A stretch of DNA of 64,000 nt from an uncultured Defluviitaleaceae bacterium. Its GTDB lineage: Bacteria; Bacillota; Clostridia; Lachnospirales; WRBF01. Position numbers and translations under genes: made by a program. Under the pieces are notes generated by a model that did not search any database, had not been told where the DNA came from, and saw only the letters and a program-made list of their open reading frames with translations. The stretch spans positions 2,998 through 66,997 of the forward strand of contig CAZBLK010000015.1 of the NCBI GenBank assembly GCA_964492715.1. The letters run 5' to 3'. Below, in pieces: positions 1-9,672 of the stretch (positions are counted from its first letter, which is position 1; each line of letters opens with the position of its first letter).

Positions 1-1
1 A

Positions 2-1216
2 AAATATGAGAACAAAGTGTACGCAAATGGCAGAGATTACGGACACATAAACATTTTAAGCGTTTCTTACAACAATGAAAACGTTTCTTTTAATGTAAAC
101 GAAACTGTGTTGGAAGTAATTTTTGACAAACCGCTTGCAACAGGCGAAGTTGGTGAAATTACGCTTCAATTTGAAGCAAGTGTTCCTAAAATAAACAGCA
201 ACACAGGCGCAAACGATTATGCTACGTGGTTTGGAAATTTTGTGCCCACCCTTGCAGTATACAACAAAAACGGCTTTAACACAAAGCCATATTATCCAGC
301 AGGCGACCCGTTTTTTACAGAAATAGCCAACTTTACAGTTAATATAACTACACCAAAGGAGTATCAAGTTGTTGCTACAGGCGACGAAGTTGTTACTGAA
401 ACAGAAAATAACAAAACAACTTCATTTTCTGCTAGGCTTGTGCGAGACTTTGCGTTTTGTGTTGGAAATAAATATAAAAAGATGACATATACAGGGCAAT
501 CTGGCGTAGAAATTAATATGTTTTATTATTCGGACTTAAAAAACATTCAACCACTGCTTGAGGTTGCGGAAAAGAGCATAAGCTTTTTTAACGAAAAAAT
601 CGGAACTTATCCGTATCACAAGCTTGACATTGTTGAAACTGGCTTGCCATTTCCTTCCGGAATGGAGTATCCTCAAATAATTTTTATAGATTCTTCTTAC
701 TTTAGAAGTGAAAGAGTTTTCAAAAGCTTAACGCACGAAATTTGCCACCAATGGTTTTACAACATAATCGGCAACGACCAAATACGAGAAGCATGGTTGG
801 ACGAAGGAATTTCTTCACTATTGCAAGAGTTTTTGTTTTACGACGACTATCAGCTAGACGCTGAAATGAAAAGCCAATACGAAACACTTCAAGAAAATTT
901 AAAAGAAGCAGGAAATACAAAGCTTTCTGATGATTTAAGTGTATACAGCTCTTGGGCAGAATACCACAACGTGCACTATTTAAGGGCGAAGCTTATGTTT
1001 TACAGTTTGAAAGTTAAAATGGGCGATGAAAAATTTTATGAATTTTTGAAGCAATATTATACAAAGTATTCGTTTAAAATTGCGTATAAAGAAGACTTAA
1101 TAAAAACTGCGGAGGAAACATACGGCGCCGATTTGACAGATTTCTTTAACGAATGGATATATAACAAAGAAATGCCTCCGTTTATAGGCAGAAATTACAA
1201 TGAAAATATTGAATGA
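2..1216 (+). CDS. M1 family zinc metallopeptidase (5' partial; frame is open to the window edge)
   Basis: GMEYP motif, HEICH zinc motif and downstream WLDEG Glu; no stop upstream of the GTG at 17. Confidence 0.9.
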   Translation, partial: KYENKVYANGRDYGHINILSVSYNNENVSFNVNETVLEVIFDKPLATGEVGEITLQFEASVPKINSNTGANDYATWFGNFVPTLAVYNKNGFNTKPYYPAGDPFFTEIANFTVNITTPKEYQVVATGDEVVTETENNKTTSFSARLVRDFAFCVGNKYKKMTYTGQSGVEINMFYYSDLKNIQPLLEVAEKSISFFNEKIGTYPYHKLDIVETGLPFPSGMEYPQIIFIDSSYFRSERVFKSLTHEICHQWFYNIIGNDQIREAWLDEGISSLLQEFLFYDDYQLDAEMKSQYETLQENLKEAGNTKLSDDLSVYSSWAEYHNVHYLRAKLMFYSLKVKMGDEKFYEFLKQYYTKYSFKIAYKEDLIKTAEETYGADLTDFFNEWIYNKEMPPFIGRNYNENIE

Positions 1217-1289
1217 TTAAAAAATAAACTTAAAGTTATAGCAAATACAGCAATTATTTTCTGAAATTGCTTTAGTTCGGAGGAAACCT

Positions 1290-2474
1290 ATGAAAATTAC
1301 AATTGTAAACGGCTCGTCGCCAACAAACGATTTTGGGCTTAAACAAGTTATTTCCATAATAACAGAAACACTTAATGAGCTTGGTGTTGAAACAGACGAA
1401 GTTGCTCTTTTTTACGAGCAAATTCCGTTTTATGACGGCATAAAAATGGGTATGGTAGACAAAATTGTTCAAAGCATTTCAAATTCAAACGGCATTGTTT
1501 TTGCAACTGCGTCAGAAATTTTTGCGCCCTCGGCTGTTTTGCAAAACTTTTTGGAATATTTGTGCCAAGATGATTATGATGGGGTTCTTTCTGGCAAAAA
1601 CTGTTTAATTGCTGTTACAACATCATCTACTGGCGAAACGTTTGCACAGCAGTATGTTTCAAAAGTAGTAAACCACTTGGGTGGATACGACAGCGTTAAA
1701 ATGTCTTTGGACGAAGCAACTGTTTCGCTCCTTGAAAACAAAGCTCTTGGCTACCGTGAAATAATTGAAAAGCAAGTGGAAGACTTTTACAGAATGGTTG
1801 GGCAAAGCCGCAAGTTTTTTATTCCAAAGCAAACAAGCATAAACACAGGTGGGGTTGTTTTTAAAAGCAAACAGCAACAGCTAGCCTTTTCTGAAAACCC
1901 TTTGTCCGACTTAACTCAAGAAGAACTAACTCTTCTTTCTGGTGTTTCGCAAAAACCTAAAGTAACTGTGTCCGAAGTTTACCAAAAGCTTGACCTTGAC
2001 GCTTTCAACGAGCGACAAGAGGAAGACATTAGCGAGCTTACAGCATTTTTTGCAAAGAAGCTTAAAGAGCCTAAGCCTGCCAACGACCAACCTCTTTCTA
2101 CTTCCGACTTTGTTAGACCAAAGCCAAAAAGCCCAGCACCACGGCAAAAAACGTGCAAGCAAGCAACACAAGGTTTGCCGCACCGCTTTCAGCCGCAGCT
2201 TTCAAACGGAACAAGTGCTGTTATTCAGCTTAACATAACAGGTGATGAAGCTTTTGAGGGGTACATTTCCATTTTAAACACAGAGTGTACTTATACGGAC
2301 GGGCAAAGCGGAAACCAAGACATAACAATTATTGCCGACAGAAACGTGTGGCTTGATGTGCTTAAAGGTAAGTACACTGCCCAAAAAGCTTTTATGATTG
2401 GGCAGCTAAAGGTACGTGGTAATTTTATGCTGTTAACTAAGCTTGACCAGCTTTTCAAACCATTTGCTGGTTAA
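1290..2474 (+). CDS. Flavodoxin-like/FMN reductase-like domain fused to a C-terminal SCP2 sterol-binding domain
   Basis: N-terminal MKITIVNGS flavodoxin-like pattern; C-terminal AQKAFMIGQLKVRGNF SCP2 signature; GGAGG RBS. Confidence 0.8.
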   Translation: MKITIVNGSSPTNDFGLKQVISIITETLNELGVETDEVALFYEQIPFYDGIKMGMVDKIVQSISNSNGIVFATASEIFAPSAVLQNFLEYLCQDDYDGVLSGKNCLIAVTTSSTGETFAQQYVSKVVNHLGGYDSVKMSLDEATVSLLENKALGYREIIEKQVEDFYRMVGQSRKFFIPKQTSINTGGVVFKSKQQQLAFSENPLSDLTQEELTLLSGVSQKPKVTVSEVYQKLDLDAFNERQEEDISELTAFFAKKLKEPKPANDQPLSTSDFVRPKPKSPAPRQKTCKQATQGLPHRFQPQLSNGTSAVIQLNITGDEAFEGYISILNTECTYTDGQSGNQDITIIADRNVWLDVLKGKYTAQKAFMIGQLKVRGNFMLLTKLDQLFKPFAG

Positions 2475-2554
2475 CTTTAAACCCTGGCATTACAATTTTT
2501 TAGAGGATAAATTTTTCAATCGAACATATAATTAAATTTAAGGGAATAGTTTTG

Positions 2555-2597
2555 TGGTGTTTTCCAATTGGTTAGTAATTTGGAAAGCACCATTTTT
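2555..2597 (+). terminator. Probable intrinsic terminator
   Basis: Stem tggtgttttccaa/ttggaaagcacca followed by a T-run. Confidence 0.6.
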
Positions 2598-2690
2598 GTC
2601 AGCTAAAGCAATTACAGAAAATTTCTATAGAAGGAATCATTTTTCACGAACGTTTCAACATGAAAAATTGCTTTTAAATAGAGGTATCAC

Positions 2691-3503
2691 ATGAAAACAT
2701 TTGCAAAGTTTCTTTCTTCACTTATACACGAAGTACAAAAAGATGAAGTTATAGCAATAGCCAACGAGCTTTCATACAAGCTTTTAATGGCTTTGTTTCC
2801 GTTCATTATTTTTTTGCTTACAATACTAGGTTTTTTCAACATTGACGAAACCGAACTTATTGACTATTTTTATGGTTCTGTTCCTAAAGAAGTTCTTGAC
2901 ATAATAGGCTCACTTATTGAAGAAGTAATAAACAAAAAGAACGTAGGCTTGCTTTCTACAAGCCTTTTAATTGCAATTTACAGCGCATCTTCTGGTTTTA
3001 ATTCTGTAATTCGTGCTGTAAACAAGTCGTACGGGCAAAGAGAAACCCGAAGCTTTTTAAGAGTACGGCTTTTAAGCTTCGGGCTTGTAATTATTTTTAC
3101 TTTATCTATAGTTACTTCACTTGTTTTTATCGTTGTAAACGCAAACATAATTGACAAAATACTTGTTTGGCTTGGGTTCACAAATTACCACGCCTACATT
3201 CACGGCTTTGCAACAATTATTTTTTCGCTTGCTATTTTGTTGCTTAACACAATGGTAATTTACAAGCTTGCAAGCTGTAAACGCATAAGCTATATTAGTG
3301 TTTTCCCTGGGGCGTTTTGTACAGTTGTTTTTTGGGCGTTGTCATCAAAGCTGTTTACTGTATACATCACACACTTTGCCAACTATTCAAAAGTTTACGG
3401 AAGCATTGGTTCTGTTGTAATTTTGATTTTTTGGCTTAACTTAATATCAGTTGTTTTTTTACTTGGAAGTGAAATAAACGCTTTACTTCAGATTAAGCCT
3501 TGA
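2691..3503 (+). CDS. YihY/virulence factor BrkB family membrane protein
   Basis: ALFPFIIFL, YSKVYGSIGSVVILIFWL and GSEINA motifs; multiple TM segments. Confidence 0.9.
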   Translation: MKTFAKFLSSLIHEVQKDEVIAIANELSYKLLMALFPFIIFLLTILGFFNIDETELIDYFYGSVPKEVLDIIGSLIEEVINKKNVGLLSTSLLIAIYSASSGFNSVIRAVNKSYGQRETRSFLRVRLLSFGLVIIFTLSIVTSLVFIVVNANIIDKILVWLGFTNYHAYIHGFATIIFSLAILLLNTMVIYKLASCKRISYISVFPGAFCTVVFWALSSKLFTVYITHFANYSKVYGSIGSVVILIFWLNLISVVFLLGSEINALLQIKP

Positions 3504-3527
3504 ATTAAGCCTTGAATTAAACTTGGG

Positions 3528-4220
3528 CTATAAAAGCATATGCAGCAAAATATTTGTGTCGTAAAAAAAACTTGCAATATCTGACTGCTTAATAAGCAAA
3601 TAAAACTGCCCAAGCTGCTCTGTTGAAAGCAAAAGCATAGCAATTATTGTTGCTATCCAAATGAAAACGGTTCCTTGCGCAAGCCCAACACCCAAACCGC
3701 CAAACTTGTTAAACGTGTTTATAACAGGCAGCCGTGCAATTATGTCAAGGCTTCCTGCAATTACAGAAAGTGCAAGGCTTATAAGTACAAAAACAATTAT
3801 TAAAGCAATTACATTTATTATAATGTCGGTAACGTACCTTGCAACAAATTCCTCAATAGTATCAACCTTTAGAATTTTGTACATTGTCGGTGTGTTGTTT
3901 AAAATAAGCTTGTTAACCATAAAATCAGGCAGCTTCAGCTTTTCAAACAGTTCATTTTGCGGCGCTTGTGAAGCAAGCTTTGCTTCTACCAAACTTTCTA
4001 TATCTACTGCCTTTGACACCTTTTCAACTATAGCGTTATAAAACTTTTCGTTTTGCTTCAATGCTTTGCTTACAGCAGGGTAAAAACTAAACGCAAGAAC
4101 TAGAGAAATAACAGTAGAAAAAAGCTTGAAAAGTGATTTCACCAGCCCATTTCTGTAACCTGATGCCATAAACATAATTATTATAACAATTATAGCAATA
4201 TCTAAAGGATTAAACTTCAT
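3528..4220 (-). CDS. CvpA (colicin V production) family membrane protein
   Basis: N-terminal LDIAIIVII..GYRNGLVK pattern and NKFGGLGVGLAQG motif. Confidence 0.8.
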   Translation of the reverse strand: MKFNPLDIAIIVIIIMFMASGYRNGLVKSLFKLFSTVISLVLAFSFYPAVSKALKQNEKFYNAIVEKVSKAVDIESLVEAKLASQAPQNELFEKLKLPDFMVNKLILNNTPTMYKILKVDTIEEFVARYVTDIIINVIALIIVFVLISLALSVIAGSLDIIARLPVINTFNKFGGLGVGLAQGTVFIWIATIIAMLLLSTEQLGQFYLLIKQSDIASFFYDTNILLHMLL

Positions 4221-4229
4221 TTAAAACCT

Positions 4230-5399
4230 CTACTTTCTTTTATAAACAGCAGCTTCTGTTGGCGTGGCAACCAAAATTGTGTCGGTGTTGTTTAAAAAAA
4301 TTACTTGGTTTACATCAGCGGTTGCTTCATACTGCCAAAGCGGTTTTCCTTTTGGGCTAAAGGCATAATACGTTCTTCCAGTTGAAACAATTACGCCGTC
4401 TTTTGACGAAGTAAAACTCATTGCCTTTTTACCTAAGTCAACAGTTCCAACTGGCTGCCCTTTGTTGTCGTAAAAATTAATTGTCCCAACGCCTTCACCC
4501 TGCTTGTTAATTAAACTGTTTCCCAAAACAGTAGCAAAGCCCCTGTCACCTATTAAACCAAAAAAATCTATTTTGTTGTTTACCTCAAAGCCCCATTCGT
4601 CTGTTATGACATTTGTACTGCCGAAGCTTGCGCCCGTAACATCGCCGTCCGAAACTGCGATGTGCCAGCCAGCACCCATAAACCCAAGTGCACCAACAAC
4701 AAGCTCGTCCTTATTTTTTGAATAGAAAATTGTGTCCGTAAAATCTTTTGCTTCGTTTTTATCAAGGTATGCGTACATTAAGTTTGTTGACAAATATTCC
4801 GACACATTAAAAAGCGCACAAGCCAGAATTCTGCTGTCACCAGAAACGGCTGTTGCTATTGGGTAAATGTTCGGAAGCTGATACTTCCATTCCCAAATGT
4901 TAAAGCCTGTGCTGTCAAAAACTATTGTTCTGTACTCCTCGCCGTCCTGCAAAATCACTGATACGTACCCACTTTTATTTATGTTAAAGCTTTGAACAAT
5001 CATGTTGTTTTCAAACTGCTTGCGGTAAATTTCGCCGTTTTTCCCAAACACATATATCATGTTTCCACCTAGTTCGCCAACTGCTACAAAGTCGCCGTTT
5101 CCAACAAGCTTTGGCTCTTTTAAGTCAATTGCAACGTCCCATTTTGCATTTCCGTTTAAACTTATGTATTTAACTCCGTTTTTCGTAACGAAAAAAAAGT
5201 CGGACGAACTGTTTGAGTAAAACGTTGCTTTGCTGTCAAAGTTGTACTTTTGTATGACATCTCCCTTTGTGAACTCAGTTTTTTGCGCTGGCAGTGTAAT
5301 GTCTTTTATTTCAGGTATGTTGCCGTCAAAATAAATGTATGCTGCTGTAGCCAAAACTATCACTATTAAAGTAATCGTTAAACCAGTTTTTGAGCCCAA
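4230..5399 (-). CDS. Membrane-anchored beta-propeller-like protein (DUF5711-like)
   Basis: N-terminal TM helix, then repeated beta-rich blades (GNAKW, GKPLW); neighbour of cvpA as in Clostridia. Confidence 0.6.
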   Translation of the reverse strand: MGSKTGLTITLIVIVLATAAYIYFDGNIPEIKDITLPAQKTEFTKGDVIQKYNFDSKATFYSNSSSDFFFVTKNGVKYISLNGNAKWDVAIDLKEPKLVGNGDFVAVGELGGNMIYVFGKNGEIYRKQFENNMIVQSFNINKSGYVSVILQDGEEYRTIVFDSTGFNIWEWKYQLPNIYPIATAVSGDSRILACALFNVSEYLSTNLMYAYLDKNEAKDFTDTIFYSKNKDELVVGALGFMGAGWHIAVSDGDVTGASFGSTNVITDEWGFEVNNKIDFFGLIGDRGFATVLGNSLINKQGEGVGTINFYDNKGQPVGTVDLGKKAMSFTSSKDGVIVSTGRTYYAFSPKGKPLWQYEATADVNQVIFLNNTDTILVATPTEAAVYKRK

Positions 5400-5502
5400 A
5401 CTATCACCCCATAAATTGCTATAGTCATTTAGCTTTAATGTTATTGACTATATAGTATCTATAGCTAATAATGATACTATTTTTTGGGGCTATAAGCAAT
5501 AA

Positions 5503-6531
5503 CTAATTATTCAACCCTTTAACAATTATGGAAAAAACTTGAATTACACCAACAACACCAAAAATAGGATAAACAACGTTTACAAACCCAGAAAAACCAA
5601 TGTGCGAAAAAACAACTGCAAAAACAGTAACAACAATTGTAACTGCAAGCTTCCGCTCAAATTTTCCGCTTACCCATTCAATAAAAACAAAGCCGTTTGC
5701 AACTGCTGTAGTAAAAATTGCGCAAAGCAAAATTATCAAATAAAAATATCTTATTAAGTCACCATATTCATGCAAAATTCCAAGCATTGGAATTTCTAAC
5801 CCAAAAACTTGGTCAAACCGCAAATATAAAGGAAGCATAATTGAAACAGCAAGTATAAGCATGGACAGCCCACTAATTACACTTCCAAAAACTGCAATTC
5901 GCTTGCGAGTAACAAGCGCATTTAGCGTAACAAGCACCGAAGCCGCAGTAATTATGTTGTAGCCTACATATATTATTGCCATAATTATCCAGTTATTACT
6001 AGAAGCAATAACGTTTTGCAAAAAAGTTTCCTTTATTTCAAAAATAAATGTGTAAATTCCAATAAAAATCCCGCCTACTACCATTATAGGGGCAATAATT
6101 ACATTAATTTCTGTTATAGCTTCAATTCCATTCATAAAAACAACTACACATACTAAGCCAACAAGCATTACTCCAACTGTAAAGTTAAGCGAAAAAACTT
6201 CTTTCACCGTTGCGCCTGCCGCCGCAAGCATTGTTGCAAACAGAACAAAAAAGAAAACAGCCGTTACGCCCATCATAAGCTTGCCTAAACGCTTGCCAAA
6301 CAAATAATTTATAAATTCATCATAATTATTAATTCGTTCCTTTTTGCAAATATTTAAAACAGAGTATGCAACCAACGTAAAAATTACACATGCTATTGAA
6401 ACTCCGACAAAGCCCTTTAAGCCAAACCTTACAAAAAAGCTTATTAGCTCCTGCCCAGATGCAAACCCTGCCCCCAAAATTACAGCCGTGTAAACCGAAG
6501 CAATTTTTAAAACCTTTTCCCTGTCGTGCAA
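5503..6531 (-). CDS. YkvI family membrane protein
   Basis: GAGFASGQE motif; about 10 TM helices; TTG start with RBS. Confidence 0.85.
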   Translation of the reverse strand: MHDREKVLKIASVYTAVILGAGFASGQELISFFVRFGLKGFVGVSIACVIFTLVAYSVLNICKKERINNYDEFINYLFGKRLGKLMMGVTAVFFFVLFATMLAAAGATVKEVFSLNFTVGVMLVGLVCVVVFMNGIEAITEINVIIAPIMVVGGIFIGIYTFIFEIKETFLQNVIASSNNWIIMAIIYVGYNIITAASVLVTLNALVTRKRIAVFGSVISGLSMLILAVSIMLPLYLRFDQVFGLEIPMLGILHEYGDLIRYFYLIILLCAIFTTAVANGFVFIEWVSGKFERKLAVTIVVTVFAVVFSHIGFSGFVNVVYPIFGVVGVIQVFSIIVKGLNN

Positions 6532-6681
6532 ACTAACACCCCCAAGCCCTATTTAAAGTATATGTTCAAATTTTTAAACAAATTTCAAATTTTGCTATTG
6601 ATTTTTTTAATAAAATATGATAACATCACAACTTGTATGAATGTTTTGTGCCAAAGGCGCAATTCACGCTGTTTTACAGCG

Positions 6682-6735
6682 TATCCTTGCTCCTATCAAG
6701 TAATAGGGGCCTAAGTCCAAAAGGAGGTGTAACAA
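6682..6735 (+). promoter_or_regulatory. S6:S18 ribosomal protein leader
   Basis: ccttgctcctat..ataggggcctaagtccaaaaggagg hairpin directly upstream of rpsF resembles the Firmicute S6:S18 leader layout. Confidence 0.7.
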
Positions 6736-7023
6736 ATGAACAAATACGAATTAGCAATCGTTATGAAGGTAAACCTTGCAGAAGACGCTCAAAAGGCAGA
6801 ATTTGAAAAAGTAAATGCGCTCATCACACGCTTCGGCGGCACAATCGACAAAGTTGACGATTGGGGCAAAAGAAGGCTTGCTTACGAAATTGACAAGCAC
6901 AACGAAGGTTTTTACAGCTTTATCACTTTTACAGCTGATGCTTCAGCTCCTGCCGAACTTGAGTCACGCTTGCGTATTATGGAGTCTGTTCTTCGCTACT
7001 TAATTATTAGACAAGAAGACTAA
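6736..7023 (+). CDS. rpsF: 30S ribosomal protein S6
   Basis: MNKYE..WGKRRLAYEI..VLRYLI. Confidence 0.98.
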   Translation: MNKYELAIVMKVNLAEDAQKAEFEKVNALITRFGGTIDKVDDWGKRRLAYEIDKHNEGFYSFITFTADASAPAELESRLRIMESVLRYLIIRQED

Positions 7024-7040
7024 GTGCGAGGGGGGTTATT

Positions 7041-7556
7041 ATGAACAAAGTTGTTTTAATGGGAAATTTGGCTCGTGACCCCGAGACAAGGTATTCGCAA
7101 AGTGCAGAGCCTGTTGCCGTAACAAGGTATACTATAGCTGTAAGCCGCCGTTTCAAAAGAGAAGGCGAGCCCGACACAGACTTTATACCTTGCGTAGTTT
7201 TTGGCAAAGCTGCAGAGTTTGCCGAAAGATACTTTAAAAAAGGCTTAAAAATTTGTGTAAGCGGAAGCATTAGAGTAAGCAGCTGGGACGACAAGCAAAC
7301 AGGGCAAAAACGCTTTATGACAGAAGTTGTCGTTGACGAGCAGGACTTTGCTGAAAGCAGAGCTTCGTTTGAATCACGCCAAAGCCAAGGCGGAGGTTTT
7401 AACCAAGGCGGTGGCGGGTACAACCAAGGTGGGTATAATAACCAAGGTGGTTTCAACCAAGGCGGCTATTCGCAAGGAAAAAGTGAGCCAAGCTACACTC
7501 CAGACAGCTTTGCACCAATTACACAAAGCATTGATGATGAGGATTTACCTTTTTAA
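7041..7556 (+). CDS. ssb: Single-stranded DNA-binding protein
   Basis: MNKVVLMGNLARDPE OB fold; G/N/Q-rich linker; acidic DEDLPF tail. Confidence 0.98.
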   Translation: MNKVVLMGNLARDPETRYSQSAEPVAVTRYTIAVSRRFKREGEPDTDFIPCVVFGKAAEFAERYFKKGLKICVSGSIRVSSWDDKQTGQKRFMTEVVVDEQDFAESRASFESRQSQGGGFNQGGGGYNQGGYNNQGGFNQGGYSQGKSEPSYTPDSFAPITQSIDDEDLPF

Positions 7557-7580
7557 TTTCAAACAAAGGAGGTTTGCACA

Positions 7581-7811
7581 ATGATTCAAAAAAGACGTGG
7601 TCGCAGAAAAAAACGTGTTTGTCAATTTTGCGCTGACAAAGTAAACACGATTGATTATAAAGACGTTGCTAAGCTTCGCCGCTTCGTTTCTGAAAGAAGC
7701 AAAATTCTTCCAAGAAGAATTTCCGGCAACTGTGCTAAGCACCAAAGGGCTCTTACAATTGCTGTTAAGCGTTCAAGACACATTGCTCTTATGGCGTTTA
7801 CACAAGACTAA
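7581..7811 (+). CDS. rpsR: 30S ribosomal protein S18
   Basis: [25 protein letters not shown] (Cys-containing type). Confidence 0.98.
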   Translation: MIQKRRGRRKKRVCQFCADKVNTIDYKDVAKLRRFVSERSKILPRRISGNCAKHQRALTIAVKRSRHIALMAFTQD

Positions 7812-7834
7812 TAAATTATGGGTTTAATCCCTTT

Positions 7835-7878
7835 AAAAAAGCAGAGTTTTCACAAATGTGAACGGCTCTGCTTTTTTT
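7835..7878. terminator. Bidirectional intrinsic terminator between rpsR and the GAF gene
   Basis: A6-gcagag...ctctgc-T7 between convergent genes. Confidence 0.8.
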
Positions 7879-7879
7879 G

Positions 7880-8368
7880 TTAAATCTTTTCAGTTAAAAA
7901 TTCACCTAGCAATTTAGTTACTTGCTGTAAGTATTTGCTTTCTAAATCGGTAAAACGGTTTAAGTCTGGACTGTCTAAGTCCAAAACGCCGTAAACATCT
8001 TCTCCCTTAAAAATTGGAACAACAATTTCAGAATTTGTTTTTGAATCGCAAGCTATATGCCCTTCAAACTCATGAACATTTGGAACAACAATTGTTTTGC
8101 GTTGTGAAACAGCCTTTCCGCAAACACCTTGCCCAACTTTTATTCTAATGCAAGCCGGCTGTCCTTGAAACGGCCCTAACACAAGTTGGTTTTCTTTTAA
8201 AATGTAAAACCCTGCCCAATTTAACCTGTCTAAATAAACATTAACTATGGACGAAACGTTTGAAAGATTAGCAATAACATCTGTCTCTGAACTTAAAATA
8301 GATTTTATTACTTCTACCATAAGCTGATAATTTTTTTCCATATCCTCTGATTTATGTACATTAATCAT
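7880..8368 (-). CDS. msrC: GAF-domain free methionine-(R)-sulfoxide reductase
   Basis: WAGFY, LGPFQGQPAC, GVCG, HIACD, SEIVVP, DLDS motifs; start moved to ATG 8368 behind an AGGAG RBS. Confidence 0.85.
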   Translation of the reverse strand: MINVHKSEDMEKNYQLMVEVIKSILSSETDVIANLSNVSSIVNVYLDRLNWAGFYILKENQLVLGPFQGQPACIRIKVGQGVCGKAVSQRKTIVVPNVHEFEGHIACDSKTNSEIVVPIFKGEDVYGVLDLDSPDLNRFTDLESKYLQQVTKLLGEFLTEKI

Positions 8369-8555
8369 TTTAACTCTCCTCACAATGCACCCTAGTAGTA
8401 AATACATTTTATCAGATAATTAAGGCAAGTCAACTGTACAGTTTAGCTAATTATTAACAGTTGTTGGATATCACTTCATTGAATTTTACAAACTTAATGT
8501 GTACATATTAATATAATTATGGTATAATAATACAAAAAATATTGGAGGTTACTTT

Positions 8556-9638
8556 ATGGATAGAGTATACAATTTTTCCGCTGGCCCTTCTGCCTTGCCT
8601 ATAGAGGTTTTGGAAAAGGCACAAAAGGAGTTTTTGAACTATAACAATACAGGCATGTCCGTTATGGAAATGAGCCACCGTTCAAAAGCTTACATCGAAA
8701 TTATCGAGGGCGCAGAAGCACTTCTTCGTGAAGTAATGAACGTGCCCGAAAACTACAAAGTTCTTTTCCTTCAAGGCGGTGCAAGCCTTCAATTTGCTAT
8801 GATTCCGTTTAACCTTTTTAAAAATAAAAAAGCTGACTATGTAAACACAGGCAACTGGTCTTCTGTTGCTATTAAAGAAGCAAAGCGCTTCGGTCAAATT
8901 AATGTCGTTGCCTCAAGCGAGGACAAAAACTTTTCTTATGTTCCTAAATTAGACAAATCAACTTTTGATAAAGAAGCAGACTACTTCCACTACACAATGA
9001 ACAACACAATTTACGGCACACGCTTTAGGGAATACCCAGAAACAGGTAACGTTCCTTTGGTTTGCGACATGTCAAGCTCTATTCTTTCAGAAGTATACGA
9101 CGTTTCTAAATTTGGAATTATTTATGCAGGCGCACAAAAAAACATTGGCCCTGCTGGCGTTACAGTTGTTTTAATTCGTGACGACTTAGTTGGCCATGCA
9201 ATTGAAGGCACTCCAACTATGCTTGACTACAAAACACACGCCGACAAAGGCTCTATGCACAACACCCCCCCAACCTATGGCGTTTACCTTGCAAAGCTTG
9301 TTTTTGAATGGATTAAAGAGCGTGGCGGCGTAGCCGAAATTCAAAAAATAAATGAAGAAAAAGCGAGAATAGTATATGAAGCAATTGACAACTCAAAGCT
9401 TTTTAAAACTCTTGTAAACGACCCTCACGACCGTTCGCTTATGAACATTCCTTTTTTCACAGGCAATGACGAGCTTGACGACAAGTTTATTAAAATGTGT
9501 TCATCAAAAGGGCTTGTTACACTTAAAGGCTACAGAACAATTGGCGGCATGAGGGCAAGTATGTACAACGGTTTGCCACTTGAAGGCGCACAAGCTTTAG
9601 TTGAATGTATAAAACAATTTGATGTTGAAAATAGTTAA
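8556..9638 (+). CDS. serC: Phosphoserine aminotransferase
   Basis: YNFSAGP, EMSHRS, GAQKNIGPAG (PLP Lys), NTPP, GGMRASMYN. Confidence 0.97.
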   Translation: MDRVYNFSAGPSALPIEVLEKAQKEFLNYNNTGMSVMEMSHRSKAYIEIIEGAEALLREVMNVPENYKVLFLQGGASLQFAMIPFNLFKNKKADYVNTGNWSSVAIKEAKRFGQINVVASSEDKNFSYVPKLDKSTFDKEADYFHYTMNNTIYGTRFREYPETGNVPLVCDMSSSILSEVYDVSKFGIIYAGAQKNIGPAGVTVVLIRDDLVGHAIEGTPTMLDYKTHADKGSMHNTPPTYGVYLAKLVFEWIKERGGVAEIQKINEEKARIVYEAIDNSKLFKTLVNDPHDRSLMNIPFFTGNDELDDKFIKMCSSKGLVTLKGYRTIGGMRASMYNGLPLEGAQALVECIKQFDVENS

Positions 9639-9672
9639 TATAAGCAATACAATAAAAGGAGTGAGAAATTAG

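Noticed and set aside
7380-7470. aaccaagg repeats in ssb
   Set aside because: Ordinary G/N/Q-rich SSB linker.
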